A stretch of 64,000 bases of DNA from Candidatus Woesearchaeota archaeon (GTDB taxonomy: Archaea; Nanobdellota; Nanobdellia; SCGC-AAA011-G17; JACPIM01): positions 1 to 64,000 of the forward strand of contig CAZELK010000002.1 in NCBI GenBank assembly GCA_964513145.1, given 5' to 3'. The notes below the pieces were generated by a model that had not been told where the DNA came from, made no database searches, and saw only the letters and a list, made by a program, of their open reading frames with translations. Shown in pieces: positions 35,267 to 45,700 of the stretch. The position numbers and the translations under genes were made by a program. Numbering within the stretch: position 1 is the stretch's first letter; each line of letters opens with the position of its first letter.

Positions 35267-35305
35267 ACTGGACAAAACCTACTGGACAAGACAAAGACCT
35301 GCCTA
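35267..35305 (+). repeat. 39-bp repeat, copy 2
   Basis: Directly after the TATA-like TTTATAAATA; inverted copy of 29650-29688. Confidence 0.93.
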
Positions 35306-35395
35306 GCACTTTTAAAGTAAATTATCTTTTTACAATATAAGAAAAAGTTAAAAACATTTTGTCAAACTTTTTCAAAAAAATCGGAGGTACTAAAA

Positions 35396-35604
35396 TGATA
35401 ATGCAATTATTAAGCAAAAAAGAAGACAAATACATGAGTTGGGAAGAGTATAAAAAAAGGATGATAGAAATGCAGGTAATACATCTTATAGAGCAGTTCA
35501 TCAAACAAGATTCAAGTTATAGTTATGATGATCTAGAAAATTTAGACATAGCAAGATTTAAACAAATTGGGGGTGTTAAAAATGCAGGGAATATATTCGA
35601 ATGA
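35396..35604 (+). CDS. Small hypothetical protein
   Basis: GGAGGT SD before ATG 35396. Confidence 0.55.
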
Positions 35605-35695
35605 GTTTAGGGAAGAGTTAATAGATGATGATGAGATCTCAGCAGAAGAATATTTTTTTATGCTTGGATATGAATCTGAAGATTTAGATTTTTAA
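35582..35695 (+). CDS. Small acidic protein (37 aa, not in ORF track); possible paralog of 6940-7086
   Basis: MQGIYSNEFREELIDDDEISAEEYFFMLGYESEDLDF; GGGGTG upstream. Confidence 0.65.
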   Translation: MQGIYSNEFREELIDDDEISAEEYFFMLGYESEDLDF

Positions 35696-35730
35696 ATTTT
35701 ATTTTTTTATTTAATTTATAAAAATTAAAA

Positions 35731-36024
35731 ATGAATGAATTAAATTTTAAAGATAAATTTGAGAAAAATATAATCCTAACACTAGAACGAATAAAACATA
35801 TAAGTCTTCATATTCAAGTAAATAATTATATTTCAATCATTGAGAATACGTTAAAATATCCGGAGATTTTATCAAAAGACTCTGAAAAAAATATATATTA
35901 TTACCAAAAATATTTAAAGTTAGAGAACATATATTTTATAATAGTAGTTAAACTTACTAATGAAGAGGGTTCGATAATAACAGTTTATAAAATGCAAAAC
36001 CAAAAAAATGAAACAAAAAATTAA
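35731..36024 (+). CDS. Putative RelE/BrnT-like toxin
   Basis: ERIKHI..H, IENTLKYPE, IITVY; upstream of a DUF2283-like gene. Confidence 0.6.
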   Translation: MNELNFKDKFEKNIILTLERIKHISLHIQVNNYISIIENTLKYPEILSKDSEKNIYYYQKYLKLENIYFIIVVKLTNEEGSIITVYKMQNQKNETKN

Positions 36025-36226
36025 AATATTGTATGATGAGGAAGGCGATTATTTAGAAATAAATTTAAGGAAAACTAAAGATACTTATTTTGATGAAATA
36101 AAAAAAGATTTTGCTCGAATTTTAGAAACAAAAACAAATAAAATTGTAGGTTATGCAGTTTTTAATTTTACAAAACAAAAAAACAAACCTATTGAAATCG
36201 AGATACCGACCGTAATTTCAGCTTAG
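36008..36226 (+). CDS. DUF2283-like protein (putative antitoxin)
   Basis: YDEEGDYLEI...KIVGYAVFNF. Confidence 0.75.
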   Translation: MKQKIKILYDEEGDYLEINLRKTKDTYFDEIKKDFARILETKTNKIVGYAVFNFTKQKNKPIEIEIPTVISA

Positions 36227-36230
36227 AAAA

Positions 36231-37316
36231 TTAATCTAAAAAGTCTTTATTTTTAATTTTTTCAGGTAAGTATTTCTCAGAAATAAAACTTATACCTTTA
36301 GAAGTAAGGGACTGAATTTCTACTTTAGCTTCGAATTCTTTCATCATCTTAAATTGTCTTTGCCATTCTTTATTATCTTTAAACCAAGCATATTCTGAAA
36401 CTTGTTTAATTCTTGCATAATCTTTTTCATCTAATTTAATGAAGTGTTTTTTAAGATCGTATTTGATAACATCATCCATAGTGATACCAACATATTTTAC
36501 GCCCGGAATTGTTAATCTTCCTGACGCATGAGACAGCGCGATGCTGCCGTATTTAATTACGGAGTAAATATATGCACCGTAAATGTCCCCGTCACAGAGT
36601 ACATAAACTGGTAGCTTATGTTCTTCATATAATCTTTGTAATAATCTTCTAATTCCTCTTGTAGTTTGACCTTGTGAAGAAATTATAATACAATCATTTT
36701 TTTCCCAGAATTTATCTTCCTGCAAACGTTCCCAAACAGCTGCTTTTTCCATATAAAGAACATATTTAGCATTTACTTTCTTAAATATGATTTCATCAGT
36801 GATAGATGGGACACTCCACCCCCCACTACCCATTTTACTTAAGTCAATAGTATCTCCTTTATCTTCAATTACAACTTTTCCAGCTACACTTCCCATTTTA
36901 TTAGCAGCTACATGTAATTGTTCCCTGGAAAAATCAGTAATGACTTCTAAATCTTCAATAGCTTTGTCAGATTCGGTTTGATCATCAACTAGATTAATAT
37001 TTGTGCCTGGTATAGTTCTCTTTACCATGTAAAATACATCTCTTAAACTTGAATGTTTGCCAGAACTCAATAATTCATTTTTTATAACAGAGGCAACTTC
37101 AACAGTCTGTAAAAATTTCTTGGAATGTGCAACATTAAAGAAGCTCCTGGAAGACATTTTGTCTCCTAATTTTAGTATTTTTTGTTTAGTATCATAAACT
37201 ATATTGCTTAAATTTCTTAAGCTCATTTCAATTTCAGGATTTTTTCCTTTTTTAATTTGATCAACTATCTTATTGCCAAAATCTTCCAAAACTTTTTTTG
37301 ATTTATTTTCTGCCAT
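36231..37316 (-). CDS. top6A: DNA topoisomerase VI subunit A
   Basis: SLRDVFY, YMEK, QGQ..RG, CDGDIYG, EIQSL. Confidence 0.96.
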   Translation of the reverse strand: MAENKSKKVLEDFGNKIVDQIKKGKNPEIEMSLRNLSNIVYDTKQKILKLGDKMSSRSFFNVAHSKKFLQTVEVASVIKNELLSSGKHSSLRDVFYMVKRTIPGTNINLVDDQTESDKAIEDLEVITDFSREQLHVAANKMGSVAGKVVIEDKGDTIDLSKMGSGGWSVPSITDEIIFKKVNAKYVLYMEKAAVWERLQEDKFWEKNDCIIISSQGQTTRGIRRLLQRLYEEHKLPVYVLCDGDIYGAYIYSVIKYGSIALSHASGRLTIPGVKYVGITMDDVIKYDLKKHFIKLDEKDYARIKQVSEYAWFKDNKEWQRQFKMMKEFEAKVEIQSLTSKGISFISEKYLPEKIKNKDFLD

Positions 37317-37318
37317 AA

Positions 37319-39040
37319 TTATTTGCCAAGCTTGGTTTGTCTATCCTTGCCAGATTTTTTCTTTTCTTTGCCTTTCTTTGTTTCTTTCTTATTATCTTCC
37401 ATTAACTCTTTTTGTTCTTCCATATCTTGCTTGATTTCTTCTTTTAACTCTTTATTTTCAACACTGCTTAACAATTCTTTCATATTTTTATGAAGTATTT
37501 TTGTAAGTTCCTCAGTTAGAATATTTTCTTTTTCATTAGTTAACATACTTAAAGCCCTGGATAATTCTGGAATATATTTGATAAATAAATCTATTTTTTC
37601 TTTTTGCTCTTTAGCTTTGACATTTTTCCTGATAAATATTCCTAGTCTTCTTCCGCATTCTTGCAATCCCAATTTAATTTCTTTAATTATATCTTCATAA
37701 TGGGCAATTGCGTCCTTGCTTTCAGATGTAAATGGCACCCATACAGATGCCATGTGGACAACTAATACTAAAGGTCCGTAAGGTAATGATCCTGAACTTT
37801 GCTGTAATCCATAAGGTCTCCAATTTATGTTTTGAACACTTTCAGTAATTGCACATGCGCCTTGTTGATATAATAAGGGAACCCTGTTTGCAAATCTCAT
37901 TAATCTGACTTGTCCTTCTTTTTCTAAATCTCCCCCAAATGCACAGCTCACTTCTATGGCAAAGGGTCTTCCTTTGTAAACTACAGGGCTTCTTGAAACA
38001 GCAGTATAAAAATCAGCATTAATTTCTTTTTTCAACCCTTTAACTAATAATTCTTCTCCAATTGGGCTGATGCAATTAGTAGGCGGAGCAATTATTTTTG
38101 TGTTCTGCATTGATTTATACAAACTTTCACTTTGTGCAAGATCTAACTCTTCTGGTTTTAATTTTGCATCCAATATTGCTTTATCACAAATCTCTTTTGC
38201 AGTTACAGAGCTAATCCTTGAAAAATCATTTTGTAAAAAAGAGCTTAATGTTCGTGACTCTGTGTTTTTCAGCATTTTAATTAAAATACCTAATTCAATG
38301 CCATAAGGATGCGGCTTAATTTCCTGTGCTTCAACAGGCAGTTCGTTAGTTGCCCTAGGATACTCAACTTTCTCATTTAAAGGATTTATATAAACAATTC
38401 TAGCATGCGGGTTTACAATTGCAGTTTGTTTTAAATATTCGTCAACACTTTGTTTTCCTTTTTGGTACTTTCCTTCTAATTCAAGTTCTACCTTGGTTCC
38501 ATGATCTTTATTCCAGTCAAAATTTTCCTCTTTAACAATTTCAGGTTCATTTTTTACTGTGTCAATATGCAGCCAATAATGATGTGCTTTTTGTTTAGGT
38601 CCGATTTTGGAAGTTATAATAACTGGTTTTCCAGTAGTTAATTGAGAATATAAAACAGCAGCGCTTATCCCAATTCCTTGCTGTCCTCTTTGCATTTTCA
38701 TAGCATGAAACTTGCTTCCATATAATAATTTTGCAAAAATTCTCGGAATTTGTTCTTTTACAATCCCAGGTCCATTATCTTCAACTATAATTTTAAACCT
38801 GCTTTCAGATAATTGTTTTATTTCGACAAAGATTTCGGGTAGTATCTTCATTTCTTGAGCTGCGTCAAGAGAATTATCGCAAGCTTCTTTAATTGCCATC
38901 AAAATTGCTTTAGCTGGACTATCAAAACCTAGTAAATGCCTGTTTTTGGTAAAAAATTCAGAAACTGATATTTCACGTTGCTTCTTTGCAAGCTCTTCAG
39001 CTTTAATCACTTCTTTTATTTCACTATCCTTTGACATCAT
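37319..39040 (-). CDS. top6B: DNA topoisomerase VI subunit B
   Basis: EACDNSLDA, EDNGPG, GSKF, RGQQGIGIS, RFANRVPL. Confidence 0.97.
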   Translation of the reverse strand: MMSKDSEIKEVIKAEELAKKQREISVSEFFTKNRHLLGFDSPAKAILMAIKEACDNSLDAAQEMKILPEIFVEIKQLSESRFKIIVEDNGPGIVKEQIPRIFAKLLYGSKFHAMKMQRGQQGIGISAAVLYSQLTTGKPVIITSKIGPKQKAHHYWLHIDTVKNEPEIVKEENFDWNKDHGTKVELELEGKYQKGKQSVDEYLKQTAIVNPHARIVYINPLNEKVEYPRATNELPVEAQEIKPHPYGIELGILIKMLKNTESRTLSSFLQNDFSRISSVTAKEICDKAILDAKLKPEELDLAQSESLYKSMQNTKIIAPPTNCISPIGEELLVKGLKKEINADFYTAVSRSPVVYKGRPFAIEVSCAFGGDLEKEGQVRLMRFANRVPLLYQQGACAITESVQNINWRPYGLQQSSGSLPYGPLVLVVHMASVWVPFTSESKDAIAHYEDIIKEIKLGLQECGRRLGIFIRKNVKAKEQKEKIDLFIKYIPELSRALSMLTNEKENILTEELTKILHKNMKELLSSVENKELKEEIKQDMEEQKELMEDNKKETKKGKEKKKSGKDRQTKLGK

Positions 39041-39296
39041 GATTGAAAAAAATTATTTATTTATAAAGTTTTGTTTTTAAGCAGGTTAGGCAATTTTATA
39101 AAAATATTTTAATATATCAAAAATATGGGCTCTGATAAACAGACAAATTTATTTTTCAGAAGAAAATATTTAATTGATATTAATTATGTTAATTATTATT
39201 GGAGTAAAAATAGATTATATTAATAGCTGCAGTTGACAAAGATATACATTATCACATAATGCACACCATCTTAGAAATTGATTCGGAAATTTTATA

Positions 39297-39809
39297 CTAA
39301 AGTTCGTCTATTTTACTAAGTTCTCTTTCCATGTATTTGTAAGCATTTCCATGAGGCGCTCCCCTTAATAAAATTTCCATTCCTCTTTTGGCGATATCAA
39401 CTTGTATTATTTTGCCTATAATAGAAACAGTTTTTCCATAAATAACAATATTAGTATCAGTTAAATTTTCTACTGCTTCTCTTGCCTTTCCCTCTTTTCC
39501 AATAATCCTTGCTTTTAATCTCTCAAATTTCTTCTTGGATTTTCCTGTAAAATCTTTTATATTTATAATCTCAATGCAAAATTCATCTTTTAATAAATTC
39601 TTGGCAACTGAAGGGTTAAAACCACGGCCAACTGCCTTTACAATAAGATTGGCGTCATAAACTCCAATACCCTCTCCTTCAATAAAAACTCCGCCTTCTT
39701 TATCAACAGTTATCTTTGTATGTGTATCTCTCTCTATTGATTTCTTTACTTCTCCATTCTTTCCAATTAAAACTCCAACCCTTTCTTTGGGTATTCTTAA
39801 GTCATGCAT
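39297..39809 (-). CDS. KH-domain pre-rRNA processing protein (Dim2/Pno1-like)
   Basis: RVGVLIGKNG, AVGRGF, RIIGKEG, GAPHGNAY. Confidence 0.92.
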   Translation of the reverse strand: MHDLRIPKERVGVLIGKNGEVKKSIERDTHTKITVDKEGGVFIEGEGIGVYDANLIVKAVGRGFNPSVAKNLLKDEFCIEIINIKDFTGKSKKKFERLKARIIGKEGKAREAVENLTDTNIVIYGKTVSIIGKIIQVDIAKRGMEILLRGAPHGNAYKYMERELSKIDEL

Positions 39810-39813
39810 TTTT

Positions 39814-40158
39814 CTAGAATTCTTCTACATTTTCCAGCTTCTTAATATAATTCTTTTGTTTTAGCCATTCAATTTGAGATGGCCTGTATTTAAAAATTAT
39901 GTCTCCTTTTTCATCTCCACCTAAAGCCCAAGGTTCAACTAAAACATAATCTCCTTCTCTTAGCCATAATTTTCTTTTTAGTCTTCCTGGAATTCTGCAT
40001 ATTCTTACTTTTCCATCAAAACATTTCACTCTCATTCTACTGGCACCAAGTCTTTGGTCTAGCAACCCTATACTCTGGTTGCCTCTTGGTAATTTAACCC
40101 TTGAAATCTCGCTCTGTATTTCTTCTTGCTTTGCTAGCTCGTCGCTTTTCTTGCTCAT
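39814..40158 (-). CDS. eif1a: Translation initiation factor aIF-1A
   Basis: LGASRMRVKCFDGKVRICRIPGRLKRKLWLREGDYV. Confidence 0.96.
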   Translation of the reverse strand: MSKKSDELAKQEEIQSEISRVKLPRGNQSIGLLDQRLGASRMRVKCFDGKVRICRIPGRLKRKLWLREGDYVLVEPWALGGDEKGDIIFKYRPSQIEWLKQKNYIKKLENVEEF

Positions 40159-40195
40159 ATATTAAGATTTAATTAACAAATGTTTATAAAAGTTC

Positions 40196-41038
40196 TTATT
40201 CCCTATTGATAATATAGAAAATTTCATTTTCAGTGTCAAGTCTTTCATAATTTAAATTTATTTTACCCAATAAATTTACAAACCATTTCCTTTCTATGTT
40301 TCTCATATTTTTCAAAGAAATAGTTTTTTTAGAAAAACTTACAACTAAGTATTTGCAGTTTATATTGTCAATTAAATTATTGAAGAAAATTATCCTCTTA
40401 TTGGCCAGATCTAAAAACTTAAATAAAAAACATACATCTGCTTTTTCATAATTAAAATAATCAACTATATTTCTAACTCTCGCCTTGCCGAAAATTCCGA
40501 ATTTGGAAACTTCCTTAAAATAATTGTTTAAAAAATCAACATCACTCTTGCTTATATCATATGCAAAATAATTTCCTTTAAATTGGCTTAATATAATTGA
40601 ACATGGATTCAAGCCGCAAGCCAGATCTAATATTGATTTAGGCTTTCCAGTAATATTGAAAATAAGATTATAAACTTTTGAATAATTCTCAAGTCTTTCT
40701 CTTGAAGAAGTGTGCAGTTTTAAAATCTCTTTGGATAGCTTTTTTATTGCGTCTAAATTTTCTGTTTTTTGTAATTCTACTAGCAACTTATTTTTCTTAG
40801 ATTGTTTCTTTATTTGAAAAACCCCATAATTTTTATACAATTGCTTTCTGATTTCTTTAGTTAATTGTTTAAATTTTTTATTCTTAATAATTAAATCTAA
40901 ATCTTTTTTAAAAAGTCCATTAAAATAATCATTTTTTAAGTATTTGGATAAAATAGTTGATACATAAGAATCATCAATCCCAAAATTTTTCTTTCCCTTA
41001 ATCAAAAAAATTAACTTCTGAATCTTGTTTTTCTTCAT
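40196..41038 (-). CDS. ArmA/Rmt/Sgm (FmrO)-like rRNA methyltransferase homolog
   Basis: LKLHTSSRERL, SILDLACGLNP, YDIS, FLFKFLD, VVSFSKKTIS. Confidence 0.8.
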   Translation of the reverse strand: MKKNKIQKLIFLIKGKKNFGIDDSYVSTILSKYLKNDYFNGLFKKDLDLIIKNKKFKQLTKEIRKQLYKNYGVFQIKKQSKKNKLLVELQKTENLDAIKKLSKEILKLHTSSRERLENYSKVYNLIFNITGKPKSILDLACGLNPCSIILSQFKGNYFAYDISKSDVDFLNNYFKEVSKFGIFGKARVRNIVDYFNYEKADVCFLFKFLDLANKRIIFFNNLIDNINCKYLVVSFSKKTISLKNMRNIERKWFVNLLGKINLNYERLDTENEIFYIINRE

Positions 41039-41357
41039 TTAATCTAAAACAAACAGTAACCCTATAAATATCCTTGCTTGACATCTTGTCTCTGGTATGC
41101 AGTTTTCTGCTTAAAATTAATTTGCCTTTAAAACTTCTCTTCAGCTTCTGTCCCAAAGCCCTGGCAAATCTCTGGTCACTCAAATAAATATCAACACCAG
41201 TTTTTAAATTAATCTCTTTGGCAATAAAAACATTTTTTCTTTCTGAAATTCTATCTAAAACAAACTTATAGAGTTTTTCATCCCTGGGTCTTAGCTGTAT
41301 AATAGCTTGAAAATAACCATGATGTTTATCTGGATCATAATCTGACGCCTTGAGCAT
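40998..41357 (-). CDS. Stand-alone NMD3-like C-terminal domain protein
   Basis: YFQAIIQLR, GVDIYL, RKLHTRD...YRVTVCFR. Confidence 0.7.
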   Translation of the reverse strand: MLKASDYDPDKHHGYFQAIIQLRPRDEKLYKFVLDRISERKNVFIAKEINLKTGVDIYLSDQRFARALGQKLKRSFKGKLILSRKLHTRDKMSSKDIYRVTVCFRLNEEKQDSEVNFFD

Positions 41358-41640
41358 GTGGTACTCCTTTTATTGTAATAATGCTGTCTTCATGTATAAG
41401 ATGCAATTCTAAAGCCATGGCAACTATGTCCTTGCCAACAATATTAAAATTATCTGACTGTACTAAGACTTCTTTGGCTTTTTCACTATTTATTTTTTCT
41501 CCTTTATAAAAATCTTCTTTAACATCAAAAAAAAGATCTCCTTCCTCAAAAGTTTTCCCCAAAATTCCTTCATCACAAATAGCTGCTACTTCTCTGCCTA
41601 ATTTTTGATGAATTTTAACAAAAAACATTTTTTCTTCCAT
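41335..41640 (-). CDS. DUF424 family protein
   Basis: VAAICDEGILGK.FEEG, FYKGE, NIVG, GVPHAQ. Confidence 0.85.
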   Translation of the reverse strand: MEEKMFFVKIHQKLGREVAAICDEGILGKTFEEGDLFFDVKEDFYKGEKINSEKAKEVLVQSDNFNIVGKDIVAMALELHLIHEDSIITIKGVPHAQGVRL

Positions 41641-41672
41641 TTTAGATTAGGAGTTGATAAGAACCTTGGTTC

Positions 41673-42082
41673 TTATATTTTGGCTGTGACAGAATGCTTT
41701 GCTCCGCAAGCACTACACCTTAGAAATAAAAATCGGTCTTCTTTAATTAATTTCGTGTCAGGTTTGCCGCATTCTTTGCATAAAACAAAATTCTTGGCAA
41801 ATTGTTCTATTCTTTGGTTAATAAAATTAGAATTTAATTTTCTTCCAAAAATTAATCTTTGCCCGTCAATTTGTGCAGGCGTAGCTAATTCTTTTTGTAA
41901 ATATTTTAGAAGCTGTGCAGGTTCTCTGCCAAATGTATTACATATAGCTATGAAGTTTGTAACTATAGTCTTGTTCCCTTCTACATGTCCAGTAACTGTC
42001 GGGATTTCAAATCTCTCCTTTGTATTAACAATAGTTTTAGGAAGTTCATTTCTCGCTTTTTTCAATAATTCAACATATTCCA
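41673..42082 (-). CDS. eif2b: Translation initiation factor aIF-2 beta
   Basis: ERFEIP, GNKTIVTNF, CKECGKPDT, CSACGA. Confidence 0.95.
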
Positions 42083-42157
42083 TAAAAACTCTAAAGAAAA
42101 GCACTTTTTAAAGGTTTTTAATGCAAGGGCTTTGCACATAACAGTAATTTTTCAAAA

Positions 42158-42544
42158 TTATTCAGTTAGTATTAATCCAAATTCTTTTAATCTTTCAAAA
42201 TGTTTTTTATTATTAGTTAATAATTCTATATTATTATCGATGCAAATTGCAGCTATAAATATATCTTTTAACTCTAGTATCTGCCCTTTTAATTCTAGCT
42301 TTCTTAAAATATCTCCTGCTAAAATAGATGATTCTTGATTAAACTCTAAAACATTAAGCCATTCAAAAAATTGGAAAATATCTTCTGAATTTTTTCTTCC
42401 ATACCATAATTCAAAAGTATTTATAGAAGTAGTAAACAAATCAGCATCTAAATTCTGAATCATTTTAATAGTTTCATTTTGATTTCTTAATATATTAATT
42501 AATACATCAGAATCTAGGCATACTTTTCTTGCCATTTCTTCCAC
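42158..42544 (-). CDS. vapC: VapC PIN-domain toxin
   Basis: CLDSDVLI, FELWYG, DIFIAA, TNNKKHF. Confidence 0.92.
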   Translation of the reverse strand: MEEMARKVCLDSDVLINILRNQNETIKMIQNLDADLFTTSINTFELWYGRKNSEDIFQFFEWLNVLEFNQESSILAGDILRKLELKGQILELKDIFIAAICIDNNIELLTNNKKHFERLKEFGLILTE

Positions 42545-42732
42545 ATCTTTTCCAGATTAGAAATTCTTTTGCTATCAATTCCGTCAGTTCCTGCAAAAGA
42601 CAGAACCTTCTCCTTGTTAGTTTTGCTTTTATTTTCTATCATACTTCTAAGTAATTTTGAATAACTCTCATTTCCTTTCATTTTTTTAAGATTTTTGTAA
42701 ACATCATCTGATACACTTATTAATTTTGACAT
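42514..42732 (-). CDS. vapB: VapB-like antitoxin
   Basis: KLISVSDDVYKNLKKMKGNESYSKLL; overlaps vapC. Confidence 0.8.
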   Translation of the reverse strand: MSKLISVSDDVYKNLKKMKGNESYSKLLRSMIENKSKTNKEKVLSFAGTDGIDSKRISNLEKMWKKWQEKYA

Positions 42733-42768
42733 AAAAATATAAATATATACATATATATATAAATATTT

Positions 42769-45700
42769 CTAAATCTTGCTAATAAATCCAACTTTGGGCT
42801 GGAATATTTCTCCTTCCCTTTTCATTTTTTCAAGAACTTCATCTATAACACTTTCTTCCAAGCCTTTCTCCCTGCACACGCTGATTATATCGTTAACAGG
42901 AATAGTCTTAATTCCATTTTTATCAAATTCATAAATAACTTCTCTTACTACAATTATTTTATTTCTTTGGCTTGTTGTAATTCCAGTAGCAAGAACATCA
43001 ACATCAAGTTTTCCTGTTTGTGGGTCAATTCCAACTTGATATAAACATTTTTTCAAAATTCTGATTGCTCTTTTTGCATCGTCCTTTGTTATTTTATTGC
43101 TTAATCTTATTTTAGCAGAAGCCTCACTTAATCTTATCAAAGCTTCTAATTGTCTAGCACTAATTGGTATTGGTTTTACATCATCCTTACTGCTGCCAGA
43201 ATTTCTAATACTAACATAAAAATTTCTAATTTCATCTTTTGCAACATCGCTCAATTTTGGAAAGACTTTATTTTTAGCATATGAAACATATTTTCTTAAT
43301 AAACTTGGCTCTATATCTGGTTCCATATTTCCTGTATTTCCATGAACATCTAAAATATGTGTAGCTATTTTAGCATCTAATTTTTCATCAGGTATATCTC
43401 TCATAGGAAAAATTAAATCAAATCTATTAATCAAAGCAGGGGGTAAATTAATTTGTGCGGCAATTGGCTGATAAGGATCAAATCTTCCTAATTTTGGATT
43501 TGCAGCAGCTAAAGCGCTGACTCTTGTTAACAAAGTAGCTTGAATATTTGCTTTGCTAAAACTAATTTGCTGTTGTTCTAAACCTTCGTGCAAAGCGCTG
43601 GTATCATCTTCATCCATTTTATCAAGTTCATCTAAAAAGATTGCTCCACCATTTGCTAAAGCCATTGCTCCGCCTTCCAAAGCCCATCCTTTTAAAAATT
43701 CATCTTTGACTATTGCACCAGTCAATCCCGCAGCCGAAGCTGACTTACCAGAAACATATCTTGCTTTTGGTGCAACTTTAGACATATACATAAGTAAAGA
43801 AGAATTATGACAATAAAAATTATTAGCAACAAAATTATGAACTTTATCAACAGTTAAATCATAAACAAATTCTTCTTCAGATTTTATTTTTTCTACAGAT
43901 TGAATTTTATCCCAAAATATACTTGAGTAAGCTAAATAGTATAAACGAAGTATTCCTTGTTTCAAAGCAAAATCATTAACTATTCCTTTTATTAAACTTA
44001 AAAGAGATTCATTAATATATGATTGTTGTACTGGCCTAATTTTTTCTAACTCATAATGTGAAATTAAAGTTTGGGAACAATTAACAGAATTCGCTAAAGT
44101 TGCTTGACTAGTGTATAGATCTTCTCTTAAGCTTTTTGAATCAAATTCTTGTTTTTTTAAAACTGAAATCAAATAAGAATATCGTTCACTTACAGCAGTT
44201 AAGATTTTTCTTAAAGAATTTCTCGAAGGATTTCTATCTCCTCTTTCAAAATGTTGGTAAGTGGTTCTAGGAATACCAAATTCAAACTGAGTTAATTTTA
44301 ATTTTTTTCTTACTGATTTAAGAATTTTAGGTAATCCAGGTATAACATCAATATTAGTATTATAAGTTTGATCAGGATTATTTATTGAATTAATCAATTT
44401 TCTTTGTTTTTCAGAAGAATTAAAACCTATCTTACTAGAATATTTTAAAACTTCTTTTCCAGATACAGTTAAAATCCAATAAGGTCTTTTTATTTTGGCT
44501 TTTGTATTAGTGGCACAGGCTATAGTTTTATGAGTTTGTGAAATAATATTAAACCTTAATAATAAAGTCTTTAAATCATAAATTAAATCCTTACTAGCAG
44601 AAGAAACTTTTACCTCTCTTTTATCTTCCACAACAGTAGCTTCACCGTCAAAATAACTTTTTAAAAACTCTTTAACAATTGAGTTTGGAGATTTTTGAAT
44701 TATTTTTGGTACTTGTTTATGTTTAGCTCTCATAATTAAGCTAGGTTCTATTTTCTCAAAAAATCTTAAAAACTCAATTGATGAAACATCTAATTCAGAA
44801 GCAATTTTTCCTTTTCTAGGTTTTTTAAATCTAGGTTCAATATTAAAAATTTTTTTTACTAAGAAACTATAATCATCTAATAAAATTTTATCTTCATTAG
44901 TGAAAGCAGTTCGTCCAGTAGTTTCTTCATAATTCATATAAGTTTCTGAAGTTAAATATCCTAATAATCTTGCTAATTCAGGACTGCAAAATTTAGGAAT
45001 TTTAATATGTGTACCATTATGAGCTGAAGTTCTCTCTATATCAAAATCTATTTTTTGAAATTCTGTATTAAGTTTTAGATTTCTGGGGCTTGCAATAAAA
45101 TCTCCTTTTTTTAATTCTTCACTTCTTTTAGAAAAAACAATTCCATTTTCAGTTAAAAACATCGGGTGTGTTGGAGAAACAGTAATCTCATTGCCAGTCT
45201 CAGTTATTATTTTATATAAAAATTCAGGAGCTTTTCTTTTCCAAACAGCATTGCATAAACCAGTATAATTTCTATAATCAAATCCTAAAGAAGATAAAGA
45301 AAAATTAGTTTTATTAAAAACTCCATCATCACATTTCTCAAAATTATTTAAATTTTCATCAACTAAATATTTTATTTCTTTAATTGAACCATCTTTTAAA
45401 ATAACTTTCGTATCTCCTTTTACACACTTGGATGATCCTGGATCACCTACCAATAAAATATGTATATCTCCCCTGTTCCATGTGCCGTCTTTTCTTTCCT
45501 TCCTTACTCCACCCATTAATTGCAATGATAAGGCTTCTTTAATATCAGCATGACCGTAAATTGATGGAGCAATACTTCCAATAAATTTATCATAAATTTT
45601 TGGATTCTTGCTTAAGGAAATAATTTTTTCTTCCTCTTCTTTGTCAATTATAAGCTCTTCAAAAGTTTCTTCAAGAGGTTCAATAAAATTAGAGTCCATC

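Noticed and set aside
39050-39296. Possible gene in the gap between top6B and the KH gene
   Set aside because: Only a 32-codon ORF with no motif; possibly a decayed remnant, not supportable.
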